A DNA stretch of 64,000 nt, taken from positions 4,216,001 to 4,280,000 of the forward strand of contig OZ024766.1 of assembly GCA_964016885.1 (NCBI GenBank), read 5' to 3'. The position numbers were made by a program, and so were the translations under genes. This DNA is from Eledone cirrhosa. Lineage: Eukaryota. Below the pieces are notes generated by a model. The model did no database searches. It was not told the DNA's origin and saw only the letters and a program-made list of their open reading frames with translations. Every line of letters begins with the position of its first letter. Positions within the stretch are counted from its first letter, which is position 1. Positions 37,459-52,300 of this stretch are shown in pieces.

Positions 37459-40226
37459 GATGTGTAGATAGACAAACTAGTAGCTTGATAGATGGGTAGA
37501 TAAATAAATAAATAGATAGATATGTTTCTTTATTTGCTACAAGATGTCAGGGTTTTTACATGAAATCGTATAAACTTTAACATTAATAGATGGATAGATA
37601 GACAGACAGAACTACAAGAAAAAGGACTGTACATTGGATAATGTAGTCCTAGATACACTATGTCTGATAGCCACTAATACTAACTACTGTACTGTACATT
37701 GGATAATGTAGTCCTAGATACACTATGTCTGATAGCCACTAATTTTAACTACTATACTGTACATTGGATAATATAGTCCTAGATACACTATGTCTGATAG
37801 CCACTAATACTAACTACTATACTGTACATTGGATAATGTAGTGCTAGATACACTATGTCTGATAGCCACTAATACTAACTACTGTACTGTACATTAGATA
37901 ATGTAGTCCTAGATACACTATGGCTGACAGCCACTAATACTAACTACTGTACTGTACATTGGATAATATAGTCCTAGATAGACTATGTCTGATAGCCACT
38001 AATACTAACTACTATACTGTACATTGGATAATGTAGTGCTAGATACACTATGTCTGATAGCCACTAATACTCACTACTGTACTGTACATTAGATAATGTA
38101 GTCCTAGATACACTATGTCTGATAGCCACTAATACTAACTACTGTACTGTACATTGGATAATGTAGTCCTAGATACACTATGTCTGATAGCCACTAATAC
38201 TAACTACTATACTGTACATTGGATAATGTAGTGCTAGATACACTATGTCTGATAGCCACTAATACTAATTACTGTACTGTACATTAGATAATGTAGTCCT
38301 AGATACACTATGTCTGATAGCCACTAATACTAACTACTGTATTGTACATTAGATAATGTAGTCCTAGGTACACTATGTCTGATAGCCACTAATACTAACT
38401 ACTGTACTGTACATTGGATAATGTAGTCCTCGATACACTATGTCTGATAGCCACTAATACTAACTACTGTACTGTACATTAGATAATATAGTCCTAGATA
38501 GACTATGTCTGATAGCCACTAATACTAACTACTATACTGTACATTGGATAATATAGTCCTAGATACACTATGTCTGATAGCCACTAATACTAACTACTGT
38601 ACTGTACATTAGATAATATAGTCCTAGATACACTATGTCTGATAGCCACTAATACTAACTACTGTACTGTACATTAGATAATGTAGTCCTAGATACACTA
38701 TGTCTGATAGCCACTAATACTAACTACTGTACTGTACATTAGATAATGTAGTCCTAGATACACTATGGCTGACAGCCACTAATACTAACTACTGTACTGT
38801 ACATTGGATAATATAGTCCTAGATAGACTATGTCTGATAGCCACTAATACTAACTACTATACTGTACATTGGATAATGTAGTGCTAGATACACTATGTCT
38901 GATAGCCACTAATACTAACTACTGTACTGTACATTAGATAATGTAGTCCTAGATACACTATGTCTGATAGCCACTAATACTAACTACTATACTGTACATT
39001 GGATAATATAGTCCTAGATACACTATGTCTGGTAGCCACTAATACTAACTACTGTACTGTACATTAGATAATATAGTCCTAGATAGACTATGTCTGATAG
39101 CCACTAATACTAACTACTATACTGTACATTGGATAATATAGTCCTAGATACACTATGTCTGATAGCCACTAATACTAACTACTATACTGTACATTGGATA
39201 ATATAGTCCTAGATACACTATGTCTGATAGCCACTAATACTAACTACTATACTGTACATTGGATAATATAGTCCTAGATACACTATGTCTGATAGCCACT
39301 AATACTAACTACTATACTGTACATTGGATAATATAGTCCTAGATACACTATGTCTGATAGCTACTAATACTAAGCCAGAAGAAGCAGAAGAGCCTTACCT
39401 CGCGATTTGCTTTTATCTTGAATTCCTTTTTCTCACTTAAAGTCACGGTAATTGCGTCTATCTTTTTGGTGTAGTCATCAAAATCTGCAACGACCTTAAA
39501 GTTGTTCTGCACCTCAGCAAGTATATAATTGCAAGGGGTCTCCACACTGTAATGGCGCCCATCAAAGGTGGTTATGTGGTGGCTTTTAAATAATGTACCA
39601 TGGGCTGAAAGGGTGAAAGGGTTCATAGTTAAGTCATCAGTGTGTTAAGTCATCATTGTTAGTGTTAGGATTAGAATCAGTGGTCAGATTAAGGTTAGTG
39701 TTAGGGTTAGAATCAGTGGTCAGGTTAAGGTTACTGTTAGGATTAGGGTTACGTTGTGCTTGTGATTGTATAACAGAAAATATTCAAAAATAGACCCAAG
39801 TAAAAAAAAAAAAAGGACAATTTCCTGAAGCATTACCTTTGAAAGGTGGAAGCCAGTTTTTCACATCAGAGCTGGGTTTTATATCATAGTAAAAGTCATA
39901 GAATCCCCAGTATTGTCCTTTATCAATGGTGAACTCTTCGGTCTCCATTAAATCTGAATAGTCTACTAAAACATATGTAGAAAGTTCTTTCACCATCTGT
40001 AATTGGCCGTAGTCAAATTGACCGACAATTTTAGCACTCCGTGGATCAAATTCAAAATAGTTTTCAGTTGGATATTTTATGCGGTCCTTCATTCGGATCA
40101 GTTGGGATTTTATGGCATTGAAAATCCTGTTGTTTAAGGCCACAGCCATGTCTGATACCTTCCAATATTCAAAAGCCCACAACAGCTGCAAATAAATGGT
40201 TGAAGAAGCAACAGTAAAAGACACCA

Positions 40227-40274
<48 letters not shown>

Positions 40275-43200
40275 CGAAGGAAATGTGGTAAGGAACCAGG
40301 TGGACCATAACACACCAAAGTACTCAATACAGAATTAGCCGTCGAAACGGCTTGAGCTCAGCCGTCGGGGTCTTACTTGTTCCTATATATATATATATGT
40401 AGGAGGTGAGTTTTATTGTAGTACAATAAAGCAATGCAGATATCGGATAAGAAGCACTCTACAGTTTATAGGACTGGAGTATACATAATATAAGATCAAA
40501 AACAAAAACAAATATCATCATGGGATGATATTTGCGTTCTCATCAGATAAAATAGGGAGACATGATATGAAGTTTAAAAAACACTGTTGATTTAAAACTT
40601 CACTGCTCACAAGTGTTTTTTAAGCTTCATATCATGTCTCCCTATTTTATCTGATGAGAACGCAGATATCATCCCATGATGATATTTGTTTTTGAAATGC
40701 GCATAATAAAATACTTGGAACTCTTTTAACCATCTTTTGATCTTATATTATATATATATATTGGATGGCTAGGTGTCCTCATCTTGTTTCGTTGTTTGAC
40801 CCTCTACCGATACTGCCAAACCACATTTACAGTGTGGGGCTGGGAGGTTTTTACCGTGTTGCCTACACGGCCACATTACAGCGTGGACTGTGTTTTTTTG
40901 CCGTGACACCTATACGATCTCATTTGTTTCGATTAACATATATATCTAAAAAGTAATATTAAAGATACTATTTATAGTTATAATAATAATAATGAAAATA
41001 TTGTGTACAGTGCTCAGGTGCACTACAACTCAGCAAAAGTGTACGTACAGTACATAGGGTAATGTACAAACGTCAGGAAAATGAACAGTGCATGAGTCAT
41101 GATATACACATGTGTATACTATACTATAAACAACTATAAACAGGTAAGGTCAGTAATTTATTACTACCTTATTACCAGTAAGAGAAATAGCTCAATGTAA
41201 GAACATCGGTGCTTTTAATTTTAGCTTTAGCTTTAATTTTAATTTTAATTATTGTACAATTCTCGTATAATATATGTTGGATCCATTACACCCTATATAT
41301 ACTAAAATGTTGTTCACAACATCTATATATATATATGTATCTATATGATTCTTCAGTTGAATAGGAGGTTAATTATATGTACAAATATTGATAATGCTCT
41401 GATGACTCCAAACTAAAGTTTGGAAGAAACAATTGTTAGCGATTAAATGATTTGAACATAACTTTGATACTTGTGTAATGAATATATCTAAAAAGTATAT
41501 CATCATTTTTCATCATCATTTCATTTTTTCGTCCACTTTTCCCTGCTTGCAAGGGTGGGATGGGAACTGATTCTGGCTTGATTTCTACAGCTGGATGCCC
41601 TTCCTAACACCAACCTCATTTACAGTGAGTGCTGGGTGCTTTTTTTGCCGTGGCACCTCCACGACCACTTTGCAGTGGAATGAAAGGGACCCCAGTCCTA
41701 TCATCTGTAATGTGACCGTGTAGGTAACACGGTAAAAAGTTCCCAGTTCCACACTGTAAACGTGGTTGGTGTTAGGAAGGGCATCCAGCCGTAGAAAACC
41801 TGCCAGACAGTCCTATATGAGCGAGACATGGTCACCCGACCAACCTTGCCTCAAGTGGGACAACTCCCGTCTAACCCATGCTAGCGTGGAAAATGGACGT
41901 TAAACGAAGATGATGATGATATATATATATATATGATTTGATGAATGGTGATGACAAAATATATGTAAGATGTCCAACAAGGGCAGACAACTGCTGTACA
42001 TACCTGCTGAAAGGCATCCTTTGGAAATTTCAGTAGCTGATAGACTGTGCTTTGATCATCCGTGGAAAATACATGGGACATCTTATAGTAGGCCTTGTCA
42101 AGTGTGTTGGATATGCTGTGTAGATAGTCTGGGGACGAGAAATGGGGAGTCATCAGGGTTAAGTCATCAGTGCTGTAGTCATTTAAGTCATCAGTGCTAA
42201 AGCATTGTTAAGTCATCAGTGTTAAGTCGTCAGTGATAAGTTGTCAGTGTTAAGTCGTCAGTGATAAGTTGTCAGTGTTAAGTCATCAGGGTTAAGTCAT
42301 CAGGGTTAAATCATCATTGTTAAGTCATCAGGGTTAAATCATCATTGTTAAAGCATTAAGTCATCAGTGTTGTCATCATTTAAGTCATCAGGGTTAAGTC
42401 ATCATTTTTAGGTCGTCAGTGTTAAGTCATCAGTGTTAAAGCATTGTTAAGTCATCAGTATTATAGCATTATTAAGTTATCGGGGTTAAGTCATCAGAGT
42501 TAAGTCGTCAGGGTTAAGTCATCAGTGTTAAGTCATCATTGTTAAGTCATCAGGGTTAAGTCATCAGTGTTAAGTCATCAGTATTAAGTCGTCATTTAAG
42601 CCAACAAACACACCACCACTACCACAACACCACCACAACCACCACCACACCACTACCACCACCACCACACCACTACCACACCACTACAACACCACTACCA
42701 CCACACCACTACCACACCACTACCTCCACAACAACACCACCACCAACATCACCACTAACATCACCACTACAACAGCAACAATTATCACCACACCAACACC
42801 AACACCACCACCACACCACTACCACAGACACTACCACAACCACCACCACTACCCCCACCACCACTACCACCACCACCACCACCACTACCACCACAACCAC
42901 CACCACACCACTACCACAACCACCACCACCACCACTACCACCACCACCACTACCACCACTACCACCACTACCACTATCACCACCACCACCACAACAACAA
43001 CAACACCACCACCACCACACCACTACCACAACCACCACCACAAACCACCACCACCACCACTACCACCACTACAACCACCACCACTATCACCACCACCACC
43101 GCCACAACAACAACACCAACACCACCAACACCACCAACACCACCACACCACTACCACAACCACCACCACCACCACCACACCACTACCACAACCACTACCA

Positions 43201-46200
43201 CAACCACCACCACCACCACTACCACTACCACCACCACCACCACTACCACCACTACAACCACCACCACACCACCACCGCCACCACCACAACAACAACAACA
43301 ACAACAAATACCACCACTTACCTTTGACAACTACAAAAGTCTCTCTGATATGTAAGTTTATGTTGTGCTGTACATCAGAGAAAACTGTGATGACAGTCTC
43401 CACTTCCTTTTCAATATATTCTTCAAACATGTCTACATAGTCCCACATTGTCTGTGACAGAGAGAGAGAGAGAGATGGTGAGAGAGGGAAGGGGTGAGGA
43501 GTCATGAAGTCATCATCATCCAGCTGTAGAAATCAAGCCAGAACCAGTTCCCGTATGAGCAAGGCGTGGTCAGCCGATCGGACACTGCCCACAACAGGAC
43601 AATCCGTCTAACAAGGTCAGCCGACCGGGCACTGCCCACAACAGGACAACCCGTCTAACAAGGTCAGCCGACCGGGCACTGCCCACAACAGGACAACCCG
43701 TCTAACAAGGTCAGCCGACCGGGCACTGCCCACAACAGGACAACCCATCTAACAAGGTCAGCCGACAGGACACTGCCCACAACAGGACAACCCGTCTAAC
43801 AAGGTCAGCCGATCGGGCACTGCCCACAACAGGACAACCCGTCTAACAAGGTCAGCCGACCGGGCACTGCCCACAACAGGACAACCCGTCTAACAAGGTC
43901 AGCCGACCGGACACTGCCCACAACAGGACAACCCGTCTAACAAGGTCAGCCGACAGGACACTGCCCACAACAGGACAACCCGTCTAACAAGGTCAGCCGA
44001 CCGGGCACTGCCCACAACAGGACAACCCGTCTAACAAGGTCAGCCGACCGGGCACTGCCCACAACAGGACAACCCGTCTAACAAGGTCAGCCGACAGGAC
44101 ACTGCCCACAACAGGACAACCCGTCTAACAAGGTCAGCCGACCGGGCACTGCCCACAACAGGACAACCCGTCTAACAAGGTCAGCCGACCGGGCACTGCC
44201 CACAACAGGACAACCCGTCTAACAAGGTCAGCCGACCGGGCACTGCCCACAACAGGACAACCCATCTAACAAGGTCAGCCGACAGGACACTGCCCACAAC
44301 AGGACAACCCGTCTAACAAGGTCAGCCGATCGGGCACTGCCCACAACAGGACAACCCGTCTAACAAGGTCAGCCGACTGGGCACTGCCCACAACAGGACA
44401 ACCCGTCTAACAAGGTCAGCCGACAGGACACTGCCCACAACAGGACAACCCGTCTAACAAGGTCAGCCGACAGGACACTGCCCACAACAGGACAACCCGT
44501 CTAACAAGGTCAGCCGACCGGACACTGCCCACAACAGGACAACCCGTCTAACAAGGTCAGCCGACAGGACACTGCCCACAACAGGACAACCCGTCTAACA
44601 AGGTCAGCCGACAGGACACTGCCCACAACAGGACAACCCGTCTAACAAGGTCAGCCGACCGGGCACTGCCCACAACAGGACAACCCGTCTAACAAGGTCA
44701 GCCGACCGGGCACTGCCCACAACAGGACAACCCGTCTAACAAGGTCAGCCGACCGGGCACTGCCCACAACAGGACAACCCGTCTAACAAGGTCAGCCGAC
44801 AGGACACTGCCCACAACAGGACAACCCGTCTAACAAGGTCAGCCGACCGGGCACTGCCCACAACAGGACAACCCGTCTAACAAGGTCAGCCGACAGGACA
44901 CTGCCCACAACAGGACAACCCGTCTAACAAGGTCAGCCGACAGGACACTGCCCACAACAGGACAACCCGTCTAACAAGGTCAGCCGACCGGGCACTGCCC
45001 ACAACAGGACAACCCGTCTAACAAGGTCAGCCGACAGGACACTGCCCACAACAGGACAACCCGTCTAACAAGGTCAGCCGACAGGACACTGCCCACAACA
45101 GGACAACCCGTCTAACAAGGTCAGCCGACCGGGCACTGCCCACAACAGGACAACCCGTCTAACAAGGTCAGCCGACAGGACACTGCCCACAACAGGACAA
45201 CCCGTCTAACAAGGTCAGCCGACCGGACAGTGCCCACAACAGGACAACCCGTCTAACAAGGTCAGCCGACCGGGCACTGCCCACAACAGGACAACCCGTC
45301 TAACAAGGTCAGCCGACCGGACACTGCCCACAGCAGGACAACCCGTCTAACAAGGTCAGCCGACCGGACACTGCCCACAACAGGACAACCCGTCTAACAA
45401 GGTCAGCCGACCGGGCACTGCCCACAACAGGACAACCCGTCTAACAAGGTCAGCCGACCGGGCACTGCCCACAACAGGACAACCTGTCTAACAAGGTCAG
45501 CCGACAGGACACTGCCCACAACAGGACAACCCGTCTAACAAGGTCAGCCGACAGGACACTGCCCACAACAGGACAACCCGTCTAACAAGGTCAGCCGACC
45601 GGACACTGCCCACAACAGGACAATCCGTCTAACAAGGTCAGCCGACCGGACACTGCCCACAACAGGACAACCCGTCTAACAAGGTCAGCCGACCGGACAC
45701 TGCCCACAACAGGACAACCCGTCTAACAAGGTCAGCCGACAGGACACTGCCCACAACAGGACAACCCGTCTAACAAGGTCAGCCGACAGGACACTGCCCA
45801 CAACAGGACAACCCGTCTAACAAGGTCAGCCGACCGGGCACTGCCCACAACAGGACAATCCGTCTAACAAGGTCAGCCGACAGGACACTGCCCACAACAG
45901 GACAACCCGTCTAACAAGGTCAGCCGACCGGACACTGCCCACAACAGGACAACCCGTCTAACAAGGTCAGCCGACAGGACACTGCCCACAACAGGACAAC
46001 CCGTCTAACAAGGTCAGCCGACCGGACAGTGCCCACAACAGGACAACCCGTCTAACAAGGTCAGCCGACAGGACACTGCCCACAACAGGACAACCCGTCT
46101 AACAAGGTCAGCCGACAGGACACTGCCCACAACAGGACAACCCGTCTAACAAGGTCAGCCGACAGGACACTGCCCACAACAGGACAACCCGTCTAACAAG

Positions 46201-49200
46201 GTCAGCCGACAGGACACTGCCCACAACAGGACAACCCGTCTAACAAGGTCAGCCGACAGGACACTGCCCACAACAGGACAACCCGTCTAACAAGGTCAGC
46301 CGATCGGACACTGCCCACAACAGGACAACCCGTCTAACAAGGTCAGCCGACCGGACACTGCCCACAACAGGACAACCCGTCTAACAAGGTCAGCCGACAG
46401 GACAGTGCCCACAACAGGACAACCCGTCTAACAAGGTCAGCCGACCGGACACTGCCCACAACAGGACAACCCGTCTAACAAGGTCAGCCGACAGGACACT
46501 GCCCACAACAGGACAACCCGTCTAACAAGGTCAGCCGACAGGACACTGCCCACAACAGGACAACCCGTCTAACAAGGTCAGCCGACCGGGCACTGCCCAC
46601 AACAGGACAATCCGTCTAACAAGGTCAGCCGACAGGACACTGCCCACAACAGGACAACCCGTCTAACAAGGTCAGCCGACCGGGCACTGCCCACAACAGG
46701 ACAATCCGTCTAACAAGGTCAGCCGACAGGACACTGCCCACAACAGGACAACCCGTCTAACAAGGTCAGCCGACCGGACAGTGCCCACAACAGGACAACC
46801 CGTCTAACAAGGTCAGCCGACCGGACACTGCCCACAACAGGACAACCCGTCTAACAAGGTCAGCCGACCGGGCACTGCCCACAACAGGACAACCCGTCTA
46901 ACAAGGTCAGCCGACAGGACACTGCCCACAACAGGACAACCCGTCTAACAAGGTCAGCCGACCGGACACTGCCCACAACAGGACAACCTGTCTAACAAGG
47001 TCAGCCGACAGGACACTGCCCACAACAGGACAACCCGTCTAACAAGGTCAGCCGACAGGACACTGCCCACAACAGGACAACCCGTCTAACAAGGTCAGCC
47101 GACCGGGCACTGCCCACAACAGGACAACCCGTCTAACAAGGTGAGCCGACAGGACACTGCCCACAACAGGACAACCCGTCTAACAAGGTCAGCCGACAGG
47201 ACACTGCCCACAACAGGACAACCCATCTAACAAGGTCAGCCGACAGGACACTGCCCACAACAGGACAACCCGTCTAACAAGGTCAGCCGACCGGACACTG
47301 CCCACAACAGGACAACCCGTCTAACAAGGTCAGCCGACCGGGCACTGCCCACAACAGGACAACCCGTCTAACAAGGTCAGCCGACCGGGCACTGCCCACA
47401 ACAGGACAACCCGTCTAACAAGGTCAGCCGACCGGGCACTGCCCACAACAGGACAACCCGTCTAACAAGGTCAGCCGACCGGGCACTGCCCACAACAGGA
47501 CAACCCATCTAACAAGGTCAGCCGACAGGACACTGCCCACAACAGGACAACCCGTCTAACAAGGTCAGCCGACCGGGCACTGCCCACAACAGGACAACCC
47601 GTCTAACAAGGTCAGCCGACCGGACACTGCCCACAACAGGACAACCCGTCTAACAAGGTCAGCCGACAGGACACTGCCCACAACAGGACAACCCGTCTAA
47701 CAAGGTCAGCCGATCGGACACTGCCCACAACAGGACAACCCGTCTAACAAGGTCAGCCGACAGGACACTGCCCACAACAGGACAACCCGTCTAACAAGGT
47801 CAGCCGATCGGACACTGCCCACAACAGGACAACCCGTCTAACAAGGTCAGCCGACCGGGCACTGCCCACAACAGGACAACCCGTCTAACAAGGTCAGCCG
47901 ATCGGACACTGCCCACAACAGGACAACCCGTCTAACAAGGTCAGCCGACCGGACAGTGCCCACAACAGGACAACCCGTCTAACAAGGTCAGCCGACAGGA
48001 CACTGCCCACAACAGGACAACCCGTCTAACAAGGTCAGCCGACCGGGCACTGCCCACAACAGGACAACCCGTCTAACAAGGTCAGCCGATCGGACACTGC
48101 CCACAACAGGACAACCCGTCTAACAAGGTCAGCCGACAGGACACTGCCCACAACAGGACAACCCGTCTAACCCATGCTATCGTGGAAGAATGGGCGTAAA
48201 ACGGTGATGATGATGATGATGATGATATATATTACACCTCTCAAAGGCGATGACACTCGACCGTGACCTCTGCCGTCACGCTGTAATACAGAGTACCCGA
48301 CCTCCCATGGGTACAAGCTGAAGCATATAGACAATATGCCCCCACACCATCCACACTGCAAGGTGGTCGTGGAGGTGCCACAGCAAAAAAGCACCCAGCC
48401 CACACTGTAAAGTGGACGTGTAGGCGCCACGAAAAAGCACCCAGTACTCACTGTAAATGAGGTTGGTGTTAGGAAGGGCATCCAGCTGTAGAAATCAAGC
48501 CAGAGTCAGTTCCCGTCCCACCCTTGCAAGCAGGGAAAAAGCGGGACGTAAAATGAAATGAAATGAAATGATGATATATATATATATATATATATAAATG
48601 GATATATATAAAATGACATTAGATCTGGGATAATGGTGATGAGGGCAATGGTGACAGGGGTAGTGGTGACCGTGACAGTACCATGGTGAAGGTATACTCA
48701 CATTGTAAGCTCTAGTAACCTTGGAAACGGCGAACTCAATCTCTACATGGGCCATTTTCAGATAGTCTGACAAAACGTATCTCCACTCTTGCATATATTC
48801 TCCGAGTTCTTCCAGCGCATCGTTGTATATGAACCAAGCTTCCTGCCAGGCCTGTTCTGCATAATACATTGCTCTCTTGAAAGTCCCAGAGTCTCTCAGG
48901 GGCCTCAAGTATTTGTTGATTATTGTTCTAACGAGCTTGTCAGATATGTACTCGACAACAGGTTGAATGTCGTTAGAGTACTTATCGATGGTCGACACAA
49001 ACTCTTCATTGATTTTCTCAACAGAACCTTCAGTATAGCGTTTGATCTTCTCTCCATATTCCATCAGTCTCATGTTGATGGATTCCTGCACGGTAAACAA
49101 AATGCTAATGATGGTTTTTGATTTAGGCACAAGGACAACAATTTGGAGGGGGCCAGGGTAAGGCAATTAAATCGACCCCCCCACTGAATTACTGGTACTA

Positions 49201-49294
49201 GAGACAAGGACAACAATTTGGAGGGGGGGAGGGGCAGGATAAGTCAATTAAATCGACCCTCAGTGAATTACTGGTACTAGGCACAAGGACAACA

Positions 49295-49325
<31 letters not shown>

Positions 49326-52300
49326 AAGTCAATTAAATTGACCCCCAGTGAATTACTGGTACTAGACACAAGGACAACAATTTGGAGGGGGGGGGGGGGG
49401 GCGGCGGCAGGGAAAGTCAATTAAATCGACCCTCAGTGAATTACTGGTACTAGACACAAGGACAACAATTTGAAGGGAAGAGAGAGTCGATTAGTCAACC
49501 ACAGTGCATTACTGGTATTAGCCAGATTACTAGTATTAAACAGATGAGATGAACTGATCTTTTGCTCACCTTCAACATAACTGACTCTAATGTGTGTTTG
49601 TCTTTAGCTCCTCTAGTATTAAACAGCTGTGGTGAACTGATTTTTTGATGGCCTCCAATACACCTTATAGTCTAGTACTTGTCTTCATTTTTTCTAGTAT
49701 TGAATAGATAAGGGAGACAAATCTTTCTCTAGATATGCTGTTACTAGCCTGATGCAGAATTCAATATCTACCTATATAAATGTACTTAATTTAGCATTTA
49801 CATTACCCTATATATACTATTGTATTTTCACAGTAAAGGTTTAACCTCACATAATATCTCACATAACATTTACATTACTCTATATATACTATTGTATTTT
49901 CACAGTAAAGGCTTTACTTCACATAATATCTCACATAACATTTACATTACTCTATATATACTATTGTATTGTCACAGTAAAGGCTTTACCTCACATAATA
50001 TCTCACATAACATTTACATTACTCTATATATACTATTGTATTGTCACAGTAAAGGCTTTACCTCACATAATATCTCACATAACATTTACATTACTCTATA
50101 TATACTATTGTATTGTCACAGTAAAGGCTTTACCTCACATAATATCTCACATAACATTTACATTACTCTATATATACTATTGTATTGTCACAGTAAAGGC
50201 TTTACCTCACATAATATCTCACATAACATTTACATTACTCTATATATACTATTGTATTGTCACAGTAAAGGCTTTACCTCACATAATATCTCACATAACA
50301 TTTACATTACTCTATATATACTATTGTATTGTCACAGTAAAGGCTTTACCTCACATAATATCTCACATAACATTTACATTACTCTATATATACTATTGTA
50401 TTTTCACAGTAAAGGCTTTACCTCACATAACATTTACATTACTCTATATATACTATTGTATTGTCACAGTAAAGGCTTTACCTCACATAATATCTCACAT
50501 AACATTTACATTACTCTATATATACTATTGTATTGTCACAGTAAAGGCTTTACCTCACATAATATCTCACATAACATTTACATTACTCTATATATACTAT
50601 TGTATTGTCACAGTAAAGGCTTTACCTCACATAATATCTCACATAACATTTACATTACTCTATATATACTATTGTATTGTCACAGTAAAGGCTTTACCTC
50701 ACATAATATCTCACATAACATTTACATTACTCTATATATACTATTGTATTTTCACAGTAAAGGCTTTACCTCACATAACATTTACATTACTCTATATATA
50801 CTATTGTATTGTCACAGTAAAGGCTTTACCTCACATAATATCTCACATAACATTTACATTACTCTATATATACTATTGTATTGTCACAGTAAAGGCTTTA
50901 CCTCACATAATATCTCACATAACATTTACATTACTCTATATATACTATTGTATTTTCACAGTAAAGGCTTTACCTCACATAACATTTACATTACTCTATA
51001 TATACTATTGTATTGTCACAGTAAAGGCTTTACCTCACATAATATCTCACATAACATTTACATTACTCTATATATACTATTGTATTGTCACAGTAAAGGC
51101 TTTACCTCACATAATATCTCACATAACATTTACATTACTCTATATATACTATTGTATTTTCACAGTAAAGGCTTTACCTCACATAACATTTACATTACTC
51201 TATATATACTATTGTATTGTCACAGTAAAGGCTTTACCTCACATAATATCTCACATAACATTTACATTACTCTATATATACTATTGTATTGTCACAGTAA
51301 AGGCTTTACCTCACATAATATCTCACATAACATTTACATTACTCTATATATACTATTGTATTGTCACAGTAAAGGCTTTACCTCACATAATATCTCACAT
51401 AACATTTACATTACTCTATATATACTATTGTATTGTCACAGTAAAGGCTTTACCTCACATAATATCTCACATAACATTTACATTACTCTATATATACTAT
51501 TGTATTGTCACAGTAAAGGCTTTACCTCACATAATATCTCACATAACATTTACATTACTCTATATATACTATTGTATTGTCACAGTAAAGGCTTTACCTC
51601 ACATAATATCTCACATAACATTTACATTACTCTATATATACTATTGTATTTTCACAGTAAAGGCTTTACCTCACATAACATTTACATTACTCTATATATA
51701 CTATTGTATTGTCACAGTAAAGGCTTTACCTCACATAATATCTCACATAACATTTACATTACTCTATATATACTATTGTATTGTCACAGTAAAGGCTTTA
51801 CCTCACATAATATCTCACATAACATTTACATTACCCTATATATACTATTGTATTTTCACAGTAAAGGCTTTACCTCACATAATACCTCACATAACATTTA
51901 CATTACCCTATATATACTATTGTATTTTCACAGTAAAGGCTTTACCTCACATAATACCTCACATAACATTTACATTACTCTATATATACTATTGTATTTT
52001 CACAGTAAAGGCTTTACCTCACATAATACCTCACATAACATTTACATTACTCTATATATACTATTTTATTTTCACAGTAAAGGCTTTACCTCACATAATA
52101 TCTCACATAACATTTACATTACTCTATATATACTATTGTATTTTCACAGTAAAGGCTTTACCTCACATAATATCTCACATAACATTTACATTACTCTATA
52201 TATACTATTGTATTTTCACAGTAAAGGCTTTACCTCACATAATATCTCACATAACATTTACATTACTCTATATATACTATTGTATTTTCACAGTAAAGGC

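Noticed and set aside
39660-39752. Telomere-like TTAGGG motifs
   Set aside because: Only a few scattered degenerate copies within an intron.
42148-42600. Many minus-strand CTGATGA motifs as hammerhead cores
   Set aside because: Part of a 14-bp simple repeat; no stem II or GAAA.
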